From Bryobacterales bacterium (GTDB lineage: Bacteria > Acidobacteriota > Terriglobia > Bryobacterales > UBA6623), in the NCBI GenBank assembly GCA_965200705.1, contig OZ241376.1, positions 2,569,844 through 2,633,843 of the forward strand: a stretch of 64,000 nt of DNA, written 5' to 3'. A program made the translations under genes and the position numbers. Below, in pieces: positions 9,605 through 19,376 of the stretch. The number at the start of each line of letters is the position of its first letter. The stretch's first letter is position 1. The notes under the pieces are model-generated. The model had not been told where the DNA came from and did not search any database. It worked only from the letters and a program-made list of their open reading frames with translations.

Positions 9605-9634
9605 GGTGGCAATCGTAGAGGACGCGGTACGTAT

Positions 9635-9648
9635 GGGGGGGGGGGGGG
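9635..9648. repeat. homopolymeric G14 tract (C14 on the minus-strand transcript)
   Basis: Counted directly: 14 consecutive G. It lies 2 nt from the glpD stop (9651-9653) and 30 nt upstream of the nth start codon (9604). Confidence 0.95.
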
Positions 9649-9650
9649 CG

Positions 9651-11195
9651 TCAGTGCTGGCGAGCGTGGAGTGTGTTCGCGATTTCCCGTTCGCAGGCCA
9701 AGACCTCTTCGCGCCGCTGATCTACGCTCCAGCCGAGCGAATCCGCTACGACCGCGGCGGCGTCCTCGACCCAGCTTGGCTCGTATTCTGCATCAAACGC
9801 CGCCCCCGTCCTGCGCAGAAGGATGTCGCCGAGCGTTCTCGCCTTCTCATGCCGCACCGCGAACACGAGTTCCCCGACCGTGGTTTCCGTGCCTGCAGCG
9901 AAAGGGCGATCTAGGCTTGTGTGCTTGGACAGGAGGGAAGCTACAGCTCCCGAGCGAGGTCCATAGTGGCGGCCGATGCGGGACTCTTCGAGCACTGGGG
10001 GTGGGGGATGCGCATGGGGGGCCGATTTCCGTGGTCCAAGGCCGAGCCTACGCCGCACGACTCGCAGCACTTGAGCTGCAAAGGTCGGTGCTGTGGTGAG
10101 CTTGCCTCCCGCCATGGTGAGCAGGCCGCCGATGCCGTCCACTTGCGCATGGTCGACGAGCGCATGGCTCCGCGATGCGCGCTGCAGGCTGCCACTGTCC
10201 ATGCGTAGCAGTGGACGCGCCCCGCAGTAGGCGTACAGAACGTGATTCCTGGCGAGGCCCGCGGTTGGCATCAGTAGATTGGTCTCTTTGATCAGGTACT
10301 GGATCTCCGCCTCGGTGGGTGTGGCGCGATCTGGATCGTCCGACTTGATCTCGGTGGTTCCGATCAGGTAGAGCCCGTGCCAGGGAACGATGAAGAACGG
10401 CCTCCCGTCGGACCTGGCTTCCCGGTAGATGGCGTGGATCGGTGCGCCCGGCAGATCTCGGACGACAATGTGCGACCCCAGCACCAGGGACAGTAGCCTT
10501 CTCACGGATCGCCCATCGAGGTCTTCCAGTACGCGGTCCACCCAGGCACCGGCGGCGTTCACCACGATGCGGCCCTCGAGTTCTCCGCTGAGCGTCGCTC
10601 CCCCAAGCCTTAACCCGCAGACTTCGGAGTTCCGGATCACGAGTCCTGTGACCGGCGTGTGGTTCCAGATGTCCGCCCCGCACTCCTCTGCTTGGAGCGC
10701 CGCTTCCAGTGCCAATCGCTCGGGAAACTCGGCTTGGCAGTCGAAGTACTCGAAGCTGCCGCGGAGACCCTCTGGATCCAGCTCGCCGACAAGCTGAAGG
10801 GTCTCATCCGGACCTATGGAACGTGGTCGCGGGAGGCCGTTTGCCCCTGCCAGCGCTCCGTAGAGCCTCAGGCCGGCGCCCAGGTACCACCGTGGTCTGG
10901 AATCGTCAGCGTAGGAAGGTAGTAGGAACGGCTGGGGCCGAACGATACCGGGAAACTCCCGCAGCAGTCTCCTGCGGTCCCGGAGCGACTCGCGGACGAG
11001 TCCGACTGCGAGGCTCTCGAGATATCGCAGTCCGCCGTGGATGAGACGCGTGGACCGACTCGTGATACCTGCCCCGAAGTCGAGCCTCTCGACCAGCGCC
11101 GTGCGAAGCCCCTCGCGGGCCGCCTCCCGAGCCAGCATGCATCCGTTGATGCCGCCGCCCACGATGATCAGGTCGTAACGCGTCCCTTGAGTCAC
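9651..11195 (-). CDS. glpD: FAD-dependent glycerol-3-phosphate dehydrogenase
   Basis: N-terminal dinucleotide fold YDLIIVGGGINGCMLAREAA followed by TSRSTRLIHGGLRYLE. 514 aa with a C-terminal GlpD-type helical domain (LGDILLRRTGAAF). Confidence 0.85.
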   Translation of the reverse strand: MTQGTRYDLIIVGGGINGCMLAREAAREGLRTALVERLDFGAGITSRSTRLIHGGLRYLESLAVGLVRESLRDRRRLLREFPGIVRPQPFLLPSYADDSRPRWYLGAGLRLYGALAGANGLPRPRSIGPDETLQLVGELDPEGLRGSFEYFDCQAEFPERLALEAALQAEECGADIWNHTPVTGLVIRNSEVCGLRLGGATLSGELEGRIVVNAAGAWVDRVLEDLDGRSVRRLLSLVLGSHIVVRDLPGAPIHAIYREARSDGRPFFIVPWHGLYLIGTTEIKSDDPDRATPTEAEIQYLIKETNLLMPTAGLARNHVLYAYCGARPLLRMDSGSLQRASRSHALVDHAQVDGIGGLLTMAGGKLTTAPTFAAQVLRVVRRRLGLGPRKSAPHAHPPPPVLEESRIGRHYGPRSGAVASLLSKHTSLDRPFAAGTETTVGELVFAVRHEKARTLGDILLRRTGAAFDAEYEPSWVEDAAAVVADSLGWSVDQRREEVLACEREIANTLHARQH

Positions 11196-11360
11196 AGGTT
11201 TTGCGCACGACCGGCGAACACCCCCATGGTCCTACACATCGGAAACCCATGGCCCAAACACCGTCGGTAAAGGACCCGTCACGGCTGACTGCGCCGTCGG
11301 ATTGCATACCATGCAAGGAGTCGCCGGCCCCTAAGGACACGCCGGCAGATCATCGGGTCT

Positions 11361-12290
11361 TTGGCTGACCTCAGCACGACACTCTGCGGCATCACCCTCC
11401 GCAATCCCGTCATCGCCGCTAGCGGCACCTTCGGATATGGCGTGGAGTTCGAAGGGCATGCGGACATCGAGCGTCTGGGCGCGTTTGTGGTCAAAGGGCT
11501 TTCCCGGGAACGAATGGCCGGCAATGCCGCGCCGCGGGTCGTCGAGACGACCGGGGGCATGCTCAATGCCATTGGCTTGCAAAACCTTGGCGTCAGGAGG
11601 TTCGTCAGCGAGAAGCTTCCTCAGCTCGAGCGGTTCGGCACTCCTGTCATCGCCAACGTGTTCGGGCATTGCGTCGAGGACTATGCCGAGGTCATTCGTG
11701 TTCTGGAGGATGCACCTGGGATCGCCGCGTATGAACTCAATGTCTCGTGTCCCAACACTGAGAAGGGAGGCTTGGAGTTCGGGGTCGACGCGGCGTCCCT
11801 GCACAAGGCCGTGCTAACCGTCAAGGGCGCCTGCAGCGAACGTCCCCTGATCGTCAAGCTCTCGCCGAACGTCACCGACATTGGGGTGATGGCACGGGCG
11901 GCCGTGGATGGAGGGGCTGACGGTCTGAGCCTCATCAACACCCTTCGGGGCCTCGCGGTCGACGTGGCGACCCGGAAGCCCCTGCTGAGCGTCGGCTATG
12001 GAGGACTCTCGGGCCCTGCGATCAAGCCTGTTGCCTTGTACATGGTCCATCGGGTCGCCCAAGCCGTCAGCGTTCCCGTCGTCGGTATCGGCGGCGTCGC
12101 GACGGGTCGCGACGTTGCCGAGTTCCTGCTCTGCGGTGCAACAGCAGTGCAGGTCGGCACCGCGTCCTTCTGGGATCCCGGTGTGGTGTCTGCGCTCCCG
12201 GGTGAACTGGACGCGTTTTTCAAGAGCCAGGGCTTGAGTAGTCCTGAGGACCTACGGGGCCGTCTCGAATTTCCTAGGCCACAGGCCTAG
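11361..12290 (+). CDS. pyrD: dihydroorotate dehydrogenase, class 1B-type catalytic subunit
   Basis: GITLRNPVIAASGTFGYG, NVSCPN, GLSLINT and GGLSGPAIKPVAL are classic class-1 DHODH motifs. TTG start at 11361. Confidence 0.9.
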   Translation: MADLSTTLCGITLRNPVIAASGTFGYGVEFEGHADIERLGAFVVKGLSRERMAGNAAPRVVETTGGMLNAIGLQNLGVRRFVSEKLPQLERFGTPVIANVFGHCVEDYAEVIRVLEDAPGIAAYELNVSCPNTEKGGLEFGVDAASLHKAVLTVKGACSERPLIVKLSPNVTDIGVMARAAVDGGADGLSLINTLRGLAVDVATRKPLLSVGYGGLSGPAIKPVALYMVHRVAQAVSVPVVGIGGVATGRDVAEFLLCGATAVQVGTASFWDPGVVSALPGELDAFFKSQGLSSPEDLRGRLEFPRPQA

Positions 12291-13333
12291 GCGGCCATCA
12301 ACTCGTGCGCCGAAGGGTCGAAGGCATGCAGGAAACCGTTCCGGGCCAGCTTGAGGATCTCTTCGTGCGAGAACCCCAGCCTTTGCAGCCCTGCCAACTC
12401 CTCCGAGAGGGAGACATCGAAGAACGTCGGATCGTCGGTGTTGATGCTCAGAGGTACGCCGGCCTCGAATAGTGCACGCACTGGATGCTCTTCGAGCGAC
12501 GCGTAGACCTGAGTCCGCACATTGCTCGTTGGACAGACTTCCAACGGAATCGACCGCTCCGCCAGCATCTTCACGACCCCTTCGTCCTCAGCGGCGCGGA
12601 CACCGTGCCCGATGCGTTCTACCTCAAGGTCCTCGACCGCGGTGCGCACACTCTCCGCGCCCAGCCCCTCGCCAGCGTGGATGGTTGTTCGCAGTCCCCC
12701 GTCACGTGCGATTTGGTAGGTCCGCTCGAAAAGTTGCGGCGGAGCAGGGGCTTCCGCTCCGCCGAGAGTCACCCCCACTACCGTCGGCGGTCGCTCATTG
12801 ACCACCCGGCCGACCAGCTCTTCGCACGCCTCTGGGCCAAAGCTCCGCACCAGGTCGACGATCCATCTCACCCGCGGCTGGTCCGCCGAGCCCTCGTCCA
12901 GGACCGCCAAGAGGTCGCGCAGTTCAATGCCCTGCTGCAAGTACTCGGGGACTGAGACCGTGACTTCGGCATAGACAATGTTCTGGTCCCGCAGTCCCTC
13001 TCGCACGGTCTGCACGAGACCTTGAAGGTCCTGCGCGGTGCGCACAAAGTATCCGGTGAACAGATAGGCAGCAAGGAACTCCAAGAGCGACGCCTTCGCG
13101 TAGAGCGCGTCGAGCTCCTGGACGGGATCATCCGCCGCAACGATGCGTTCCACGGCGGGATGCTGCTTCATCCAGCGCCACTGTCCAATCGGTGCGCTCT
13201 CTAGGGCTTCTGCCGGCTTGTACTTGCGCACCTGCTTTCGCAGGAATGACACGGGCATGGCGCCACGGAGATGCACGTGCAACTCGGCCTTAGGCATCGC
13301 CTCGAGATCCAGATGCTGCGCAGAGAGGTCCAT
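12287..13333 (-). CDS. add: adenosine deaminase family protein
   Basis: Metal-binding contexts KAELHVHLRGA, TIHAGE and SINTDDP. 348 aa. Confidence 0.85.
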   Translation of the reverse strand: MDLSAQHLDLEAMPKAELHVHLRGAMPVSFLRKQVRKYKPAEALESAPIGQWRWMKQHPAVERIVAADDPVQELDALYAKASLLEFLAAYLFTGYFVRTAQDLQGLVQTVREGLRDQNIVYAEVTVSVPEYLQQGIELRDLLAVLDEGSADQPRVRWIVDLVRSFGPEACEELVGRVVNERPPTVVGVTLGGAEAPAPPQLFERTYQIARDGGLRTTIHAGEGLGAESVRTAVEDLEVERIGHGVRAAEDEGVVKMLAERSIPLEVCPTSNVRTQVYASLEEHPVRALFEAGVPLSINTDDPTFFDVSLSEELAGLQRLGFSHEEILKLARNGFLHAFDPSAHELMAA

Positions 13334-13466
13334 GCGGCGACAGCTCTATCCCTCGATATCAGAGGTCGGGGGCTTCACGGCTGTCCACAACCGCCGCGTC
13401 CGGTCCATGCGCCGACGTCACAGCGGGTTCCCCGCACCTGGGCATCGAAGAACGTACGGGATGCTC

Positions 13467-14450
13467 TCAGTTCTCGAACAGGGGCTGAACCCAGGCTCTC
13501 CGGCCGTTCGAGTCCTCGATGCTTGCGCGGACGTAGCCATCGCCTGCCTTGAGGCTGTACTGCGCCTCGAGGCCCTCGACCTGCTTCAGCACCCGACCAC
13601 CGCTGCCGATGAAGCGCGTGCGGTGCTTCTCGTCGTCGTCCTGCTGGATGCGGATGTCGATCAGACCGTTGCTTCGCTTCTCCGACTCCAGCGTGATACC
13701 CGTCGAGGAATAGAAGTGACCCCGTTCAATGGCCTCGAGGATGGCCTTCTCGCTAAGCTCCTTGGCCCGGACCTGAATCCACCCTCGACCCGGATTCGAC
13801 ACCGCCGGAGCAAAGTGCTTGAAGACGTGCGCGTCGTCGATGGCAATGCCGTACATCTCGCCCCCCGCGGTGAGAACCTTGTCCCACATCTCTTCGAGTC
13901 CGAACTCATCGTTCGTGTCGGCACCGCCGTTGAAGACCTCGAAGAGCTTGAGACGGCGAAGCTTGGCGAAGATCTCCGGTGGCACCGCCCAGCGATAGAG
14001 CGGATGATCCAGCGACGGCACGGCTCCGGCGTCTCGGATCACGTCGATGTTCGCCTGCAGTGTGTTCAGAATGCCGTCCTCGAACTGCGGCGGGATGGTT
14101 GCGTTCAGACCGAACGCGTTGACATGGAGCGGGGCCTTCTCGTATCGGGAGGTGACCTCCTCTCCCGTGATCAGCAGGAACCGTTCGTCCGCGGCGAAGA
14201 CGGTGTTGAGGCCCTGTGGATCGGTGAAGTAGTTGTGGTCCGTCAGGGCAAGGAAGTGGTAGCGGTGCTCCTTGTACCAACGAGCGACTGCATCTGGCGA
14301 ACTGTCGCCATCGCTGTTGATCGTGTGGGTGTGGAGATTGCCCTTGTACCAGTGGTACGAGTCCTCGTTGTCCGTGGTTTGAGCGAGCACCATCGTCCAC
14401 AGCGAGGCAGCGGCGATGGCCAATCCGAAGCGTAGGCGAGTAGTGCGCAT
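13467..14450 (-). CDS. secreted PHP-domain (CehA/McbA-like) metallohydrolase
   Basis: Signal-like N-terminus, then GNLHTHTINSDGDSSPD and FLALTDHN, which are PHP-domain histidine motifs. Confidence 0.7.
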   Translation of the reverse strand: MRTTRLRFGLAIAAASLWTMVLAQTTDNEDSYHWYKGNLHTHTINSDGDSSPDAVARWYKEHRYHFLALTDHNYFTDPQGLNTVFAADERFLLITGEEVTSRYEKAPLHVNAFGLNATIPPQFEDGILNTLQANIDVIRDAGAVPSLDHPLYRWAVPPEIFAKLRRLKLFEVFNGGADTNDEFGLEEMWDKVLTAGGEMYGIAIDDAHVFKHFAPAVSNPGRGWIQVRAKELSEKAILEAIERGHFYSSTGITLESEKRSNGLIDIRIQQDDDEKHRTRFIGSGGRVLKQVEGLEAQYSLKAGDGYVRASIEDSNGRRAWVQPLFEN

Positions 14451-14590
14451 GACCCTTTAGTATCGTCCGAACGACGATGTCCCGACGGTCGACGCTGCTT
14501 GGCGTCAGAGTCAGCCGGCTAATCTTGCCGGACACCCTCCACAGCCCTTCGGAACCTCCGAATTCCGCGCTCGATCGCAACGAACCTGGT

Positions 14591-14603
14591 GGGGGGGGGG
14601 GGG
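14591..14603. repeat. homopolymeric G13 tract (C13 on the minus-strand transcript)
   Basis: Counted directly: 13 consecutive G. It abuts the stop codon (14604-14606) of the alpha/beta hydrolase gene. Confidence 0.95.
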
Positions 14604-15554
14604 CTAGGTGGGTTCGTCCTGGACCGCCTCGGCGACCCGTCTGATCGCGCTGACGACAGCCTCCGGGCGATCGTGATGAATGAAGTGTCCTGCGCCGTCA
14701 ATGACCTCCCATTCGCTTGCAGAGGACTGCTTGGCGAGGTCCTCTTGGAACTCGTGCCAGAACTTCGCCCGGCGGCGCCCCTCGCTCAGCACGACTAGCG
14801 GCATTCCTTCGAGGTCCGGGCGCTGGGCGGCCACTTGGCGAAGACTCTCGGGAAGTCCTCGGAGCTCTGCCGCTGCCGTGTGCAGGCCCTTTGTTGTCCG
14901 CTGCAGATCCTTCTCGAGCCTTCGGACAGCCGCGTTCCGGGTCTCCGGGCTCCCCGCAGGGACTGGGAATAGAAGGCGGGGGATGCCGATCGGAGCCAAA
15001 GCGCCGATGATGCGTCCGAGAAACTCCGCTTCCGCAAGGCTTGTGGACTGAGAGACCTGATCTGGGTGCGACGAGTCGACGAGCACCATGCCTTCGACTT
15101 CGTCTGGATAGCGACTCGTGTATAGCTGCATGACGAGACCCCCGAACGAGTGGCCGACCAGGACATACGGCGGATCGACGACGGCAGTGCTGAGCAGTTG
15201 ATGCAGATCCTCGACGATGTCGCTGGCGGTCCGAGGAGTTGTCGCTGCGTCGCTCCACCCGTAGCCCGCCCTGTCGTAGGTGCACACCTTCGCGAACTTC
15301 GCGACTGCGGACGTGACCGATGTCCAGGCAAGCGAACTGCCGGGCAGACCGGGTTCGAGAATGACGGTCGAGTCGCCAGACCCTCGGCACAGCATGTGGA
15401 GCCGGCGGCCACCGATGTCCACCAGTTGGCCAGGCGGGGTAGTCGTTGCCAACGTCAGGTAGGACAGTGACCACTGCAGAGCCGCACCCGCGACGACTGC
15501 ACCGGCCAGCAATAGGGCTGCCCAGATGGCGAACTTCTTCAGGACTCTGCTCAT
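14604..15554 (-). CDS. alpha/beta-fold hydrolase with N-terminal membrane anchor or signal
   Basis: Nucleophile elbow VGHSFGG, HG-type oxyanion region ILEPGLPGSS, and C-terminal GAGHFIHHD. ATG 15554 gives MSRVLKKFAIWAALLLAG. The ORF extends to 15647. Confidence 0.75.
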   Translation of the reverse strand: MSRVLKKFAIWAALLLAGAVVAGAALQWSLSYLTLATTTPPGQLVDIGGRRLHMLCRGSGDSTVILEPGLPGSSLAWTSVTSAVAKFAKVCTYDRAGYGWSDAATTPRTASDIVEDLHQLLSTAVVDPPYVLVGHSFGGLVMQLYTSRYPDEVEGMVLVDSSHPDQVSQSTSLAEAEFLGRIIGALAPIGIPRLLFPVPAGSPETRNAAVRRLEKDLQRTTKGLHTAAAELRGLPESLRQVAAQRPDLEGMPLVVLSEGRRRAKFWHEFQEDLAKQSSASEWEVIDGAGHFIHHDRPEAVVSAIRRVAEAVQDEPT

Positions 15555-15713
15555 CGGAGGCATTGGACGCATCCCCAAGCCCAATTGTGCCGTTTGCCTC
15601 GCCATTGAACGGCCGCGCCGGTCGCCGGCGTCGGCCGGCACTAGCAATCGTCCCGAGGCCGACCGGTTCTGCCCGGATGCTGTGCTACGGTTCTACTCGC
15701 AGGAGTCCCGAAA

Positions 15714-17069
15714 GTGTCTGGCAACGCAGTCAACCGCCGCCGATTTGTCCAAGCCGCCGCCGCAGGTGTGCCTCTGGTCGGTGCACGCGCCAACGACAAG
15801 CCGCGGAGAGTGGCGCTGGTCGGATCCGGCTGGTACGGCAAGAACGACCTGTTTCGCCTTGTCCAGGTGGAGGCCGTGGAGATCGTCGCTCTCTGCGACC
15901 CGGACAGCAAGTCGCTGGCGATCGACCAGAAGACGGCATCCAAGCGGCACAAGTCGGGCAAACTGCCGCGTGGCTACGGCGACTATCGCGAACTCCTCAA
16001 GCAGGAGCAGCCGGATATCGTCGAAGTGGCGACGCCCGACCACTGGCATTGCCTGCCTGCGATTGCCGCCATGCAGTCGGGGGCGGATGTGTACGTCCAG
16101 AAGCCGATCTCTGTCGATGTCGTCGAGGGCCATTCGATGGTCGCTGCCGCGCGCAAGTACGGTCGCGTCGTCCAGGTCGGCACCCAGCGACGATCCGCGC
16201 CGCACCTGATCGAAGCCCGCGACCGCATCAACGACGGCATGCTGGGGGCGATTTCGCATGCCGAGGTGTGTTGCTACCGCGGCACCAACCCCCGCGGCAA
16301 CCCGCCGGACACGAAGCCGCCGGAGCATCTGGACTATGAGATGTGGACCGGTCCCGCCCCGATGCGGCCGTTCTGCCAGTGGACCCATCCTCGGCGCTGG
16401 CGCAACTTCATGGAGTACGGCAACGGCGTGATCGGTGACATGTGCATCCACATGATCGACCTCGTGCGTTGGACTCTCGATTTAGGCTGGCCTTCGGAGA
16501 TCTATTCGTCGGGCGGAATTTTCGTCGACAAGCACAGCAAGGCCAACACGCCCGACACACAGTCGGCCACGTTCCGCTTCCCGGACCTCAACGTGGTCTG
16601 GAACCACCGCACCTGGGGAAGCCCGGTGGATCCGGACTGGTCGTGGGCGTACTTCATTTACGGGGAGAAAGGCGTCTTCAAGGGTTCGACCTCGAGGTGG
16701 GAGTTCATCCCCAACGACCGCAACGCCAAGGTCATCAAGCGTGCCGCCTACACGGAGATGGACAAGTACGAGATCGACCACTTCGACAACAAGGAATCGC
16801 GCCTTCCCCCGCAGGAGTTCCCGGTGCTTCGGGCCCATATGAAGGACTTCCTGCAGGCCATCGACAAGCGTTCGCGTCCCGTCGCCGACATCGAGCAGGG
16901 GCACATCTCGACGGCGTGCTGCCTCCTGGCGAACGTGTCTCTCGAGCTCGGGCGGTCACTGAAGTGGGATCCAGGAACCCACAAGGTCATCGGCGACGAC
17001 GAGGCAAACGGCAAACTCGCGCGGAAGTACCGCTCGCCGTGGGTGCATCCGACGCCGGACACGGTCTGA
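15714..17069 (+). CDS. Tat-signal Gfo/Idh/MocA oxidoreductase (GH109-like architecture)
   Basis: Twin-arginine N-terminus NRRRFVQAAAAGVPLVGARA, then the Rossmann segment RVALVGSGWYGKND. AGGAG Shine-Dalgarno 8 nt upstream of GTG 15714. Confidence 0.8.
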   Translation: MSGNAVNRRRFVQAAAAGVPLVGARANDKPRRVALVGSGWYGKNDLFRLVQVEAVEIVALCDPDSKSLAIDQKTASKRHKSGKLPRGYGDYRELLKQEQPDIVEVATPDHWHCLPAIAAMQSGADVYVQKPISVDVVEGHSMVAAARKYGRVVQVGTQRRSAPHLIEARDRINDGMLGAISHAEVCCYRGTNPRGNPPDTKPPEHLDYEMWTGPAPMRPFCQWTHPRRWRNFMEYGNGVIGDMCIHMIDLVRWTLDLGWPSEIYSSGGIFVDKHSKANTPDTQSATFRFPDLNVVWNHRTWGSPVDPDWSWAYFIYGEKGVFKGSTSRWEFIPNDRNAKVIKRAAYTEMDKYEIDHFDNKESRLPPQEFPVLRAHMKDFLQAIDKRSRPVADIEQGHISTACCLLANVSLELGRSLKWDPGTHKVIGDDEANGKLARKYRSPWVHPTPDTV

Positions 17070-17120
17070 CGGATTCGCCCTAGGGCAACGTCTGGGAATA
17101 ACGCACCGCCCTGGGTGGGG

Positions 17121-17196
<76 letters not shown>

Positions 17197-17256
17197 GGCT
17201 CGCCTATCAGGTTACTCGCACGTCCTTCGCGCGGCTGGCTTCCGACACGATCCTCG

Positions 17257-18456
17257 CTACGTTCGGTAGTCCGCGTTGATCCGGATGTACTCGTCGGTGA
17301 AGTCGCACGTCCAGACACGTGCCGACCCGGAATCGCTGCCGAGGATCCGAAACTCGATCGGGACCGTGTCCAACAGCATCGCCTTCTGGACGGGTCCCTC
17401 GTCGAACTGGGCCCGCGATCCGTTCGCGCACACGAGCGTTCCGGCCAGCGAGACCTCGACCTTCCGAAGGTCGAACTGCACGCCGCACTTGCCCGCGGCC
17501 CCTAGGATGCGGCCCCAGTTCGGATCGGCTCCAGCCAGTGCGGTCTTGACCAGTGGCGAGTTGGCGATCGCCATGGCAAGTCGCTTTGCGGTCGCGTCGC
17601 TGGGCGCACCAAGCACGTTCACCTCCGCGATGCGGGTTGCCCCCTCCCCGTCCCGCACGATTGCCTTCGCCAGCTCCGTGTTCACGGCGACGAGCCTGTC
17701 GTAGAACTCTCCCTCGGACCCCCGCTCGACGCGGTGGCCCGATGCTCCGTTGGCGAGCACCAGGACCGTGTCGTTGGTCGACGTGTCCGAGTCCACGGTG
17801 ATGCAGTTAAACGTGCAGTCGACGGATTTCCGCAGAAGCTCAGCGAGGAGCGCGGGCTCGACCTCCGCGTCCGTCACCACAAACGAGAGCATCGTGGCCA
17901 TGTCGGGCATGATCATTCCGGCACCCTTGGCCATGCCCGCGATTCGGAATGTATCGCCGTTGTCGAACGCAGGAGCGTAGGCGACCTTCGCGACTGTGTC
18001 GGTCGTCATGATTGCCCGGGCGCACGCCTCGAACTGATCCCGAGTAAGGTTCTCGCAAAGCCTCCCGAGCGCCTTCGGGATCGCGGTCTCCGACATCGGT
18101 TCACCGATCACCCCCGTGGAGGCGATTAGGACTTGGTCCCTCGGCACCGCCGCCAGCTTCGAGACCGCCTTCACCGTGGCCGCTGAGACTGCCGCCATGT
18201 TCGGTGTCGCGCAGTTCGCGTTGCCAGCGTTGGCTACGATCACCCGCCCGGTGCCGCCGCTGCTGCGGAGAGCCTGGGCGGTGACGGTCACGGGGGCCGC
18301 TCGCACCATGTTGCGGGTGAACACACCGGCCGCCGAGGCCTCCCTGTCCGAGACGATCAGGGCTAGATCGTCCTGCTCGGCCTTGCGGATTCCCGCATAG
18401 CCGGCAGCGAACCGAAATCCCTGTGGCAGGAGAACTTGCGTCGCACCGTCAGGCAT
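17257..18456 (-). CDS. argJ: bifunctional ornithine acetyltransferase / N-acetylglutamate synthase
   Basis: 399 aa. The autoproteolysis-site context MPDMATMLSFVVTDA and the C-terminal EYIRINADYRT are typical of ArgJ. Confidence 0.9.
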   Translation of the reverse strand: MPDGATQVLLPQGFRFAAGYAGIRKAEQDDLALIVSDREASAAGVFTRNMVRAAPVTVTAQALRSSGGTGRVIVANAGNANCATPNMAAVSAATVKAVSKLAAVPRDQVLIASTGVIGEPMSETAIPKALGRLCENLTRDQFEACARAIMTTDTVAKVAYAPAFDNGDTFRIAGMAKGAGMIMPDMATMLSFVVTDAEVEPALLAELLRKSVDCTFNCITVDSDTSTNDTVLVLANGASGHRVERGSEGEFYDRLVAVNTELAKAIVRDGEGATRIAEVNVLGAPSDATAKRLAMAIANSPLVKTALAGADPNWGRILGAAGKCGVQFDLRKVEVSLAGTLVCANGSRAQFDEGPVQKAMLLDTVPIEFRILGSDSGSARVWTCDFTDEYIRINADYRT

Positions 18457-19375
18457 TCACGAACCTCTCGCCGGATCCAATTCGGCTTCCGCGGGCAAAG
18501 TCGTGCGCGGACATTCGTTTCCGCCCTTCGACCTGCACCTCTTCGAGCACGAGGCGGCCCGATCCGCAGCCCACGCTTAGGGCATGCCGCTCCATCCGGA
18601 CCGTTCCGGGTTCGAGCTCGGCGTCTTGTTCGGGTCGTGCGGCGAGGATGCGCAGCCGTTTGCCGCGGAAGAAGCTGTAGATGCCTGGCCAGGGAGTGAA
18701 GCCGCGCATGCGGTTGTAGATTGACTGGGCCGAAGTCGTCCACTCGACTAGTCCGTCCTCGCGGCGGAGCCGCGGCGCCTGCGTGGCCGCGGAGTGGTCC
18801 TGCGGTGACGGGGTCACGGTACCGTCTGCAAGTCCATCCAAGGTTTCCAGCAGTAGCTCCGCACCAACAGGGGCGAGCCGAGCGTTCAGGTCCGTGGCGC
18901 TCTCGTCGGGCCCGATCTCCGTGCTTTGGCTGAGCAAGACATCCCCAGCGTCCAACTGCCGGACGATTCGCATCGTTGACACACCCGTTTGGGTCTCGCC
19001 GTTTGCGATAGCCCAGTGGACGGGCGCCGCGCCACGGTACTTGGGCAGAAGTGACGAATGCACGTTGATGCAGCCGTGCTCGGACATGTTCCGGATGCTC
19101 TTGGGGATCATCTGGCCGAATCCCACCACCACGATGACATCGGGCGCATCCTCCGCAAGCCTGCTTCGCATCGCGGCGTCCCCGACCCGTGCCGGCTGGC
19201 ACACGCGCAGGCCAAGCTGTTCAGCCTTCGCTTTGATTGGGGGTGGCCGAAGGCTCCGGCCCCGACCTGCAGGCCGGTCCGGCTGTGTGACCACGTCCAC
19301 CACGTGGTGGCGCTTGGCCATCACTTCGAGCGAAGGCAGCGCAAATTCGGGCGTGCCCATGAACACAGCCCGCAA
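18449..19375 (-). CDS. fmt: methionyl-tRNA formyltransferase
   Basis: MRAVFMGTPEFALPSL, INVHSSLLPKYRGAAPVHWAI, and a C-terminal beta-barrel domain. It overlaps the argJ start by 8 nt. Confidence 0.9.
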   Translation of the reverse strand: MRAVFMGTPEFALPSLEVMAKRHHVVDVVTQPDRPAGRGRSLRPPPIKAKAEQLGLRVCQPARVGDAAMRSRLAEDAPDVIVVVGFGQMIPKSIRNMSEHGCINVHSSLLPKYRGAAPVHWAIANGETQTGVSTMRIVRQLDAGDVLLSQSTEIGPDESATDLNARLAPVGAELLLETLDGLADGTVTPSPQDHSAATQAPRLRREDGLVEWTTSAQSIYNRMRGFTPWPGIYSFFRGKRLRILAARPEQDAELEPGTVRMERHALSVGCGSGRLVLEEVQVEGRKRMSAHDFARGSRIGSGERFVNA

Positions 19376-19376
19376 G

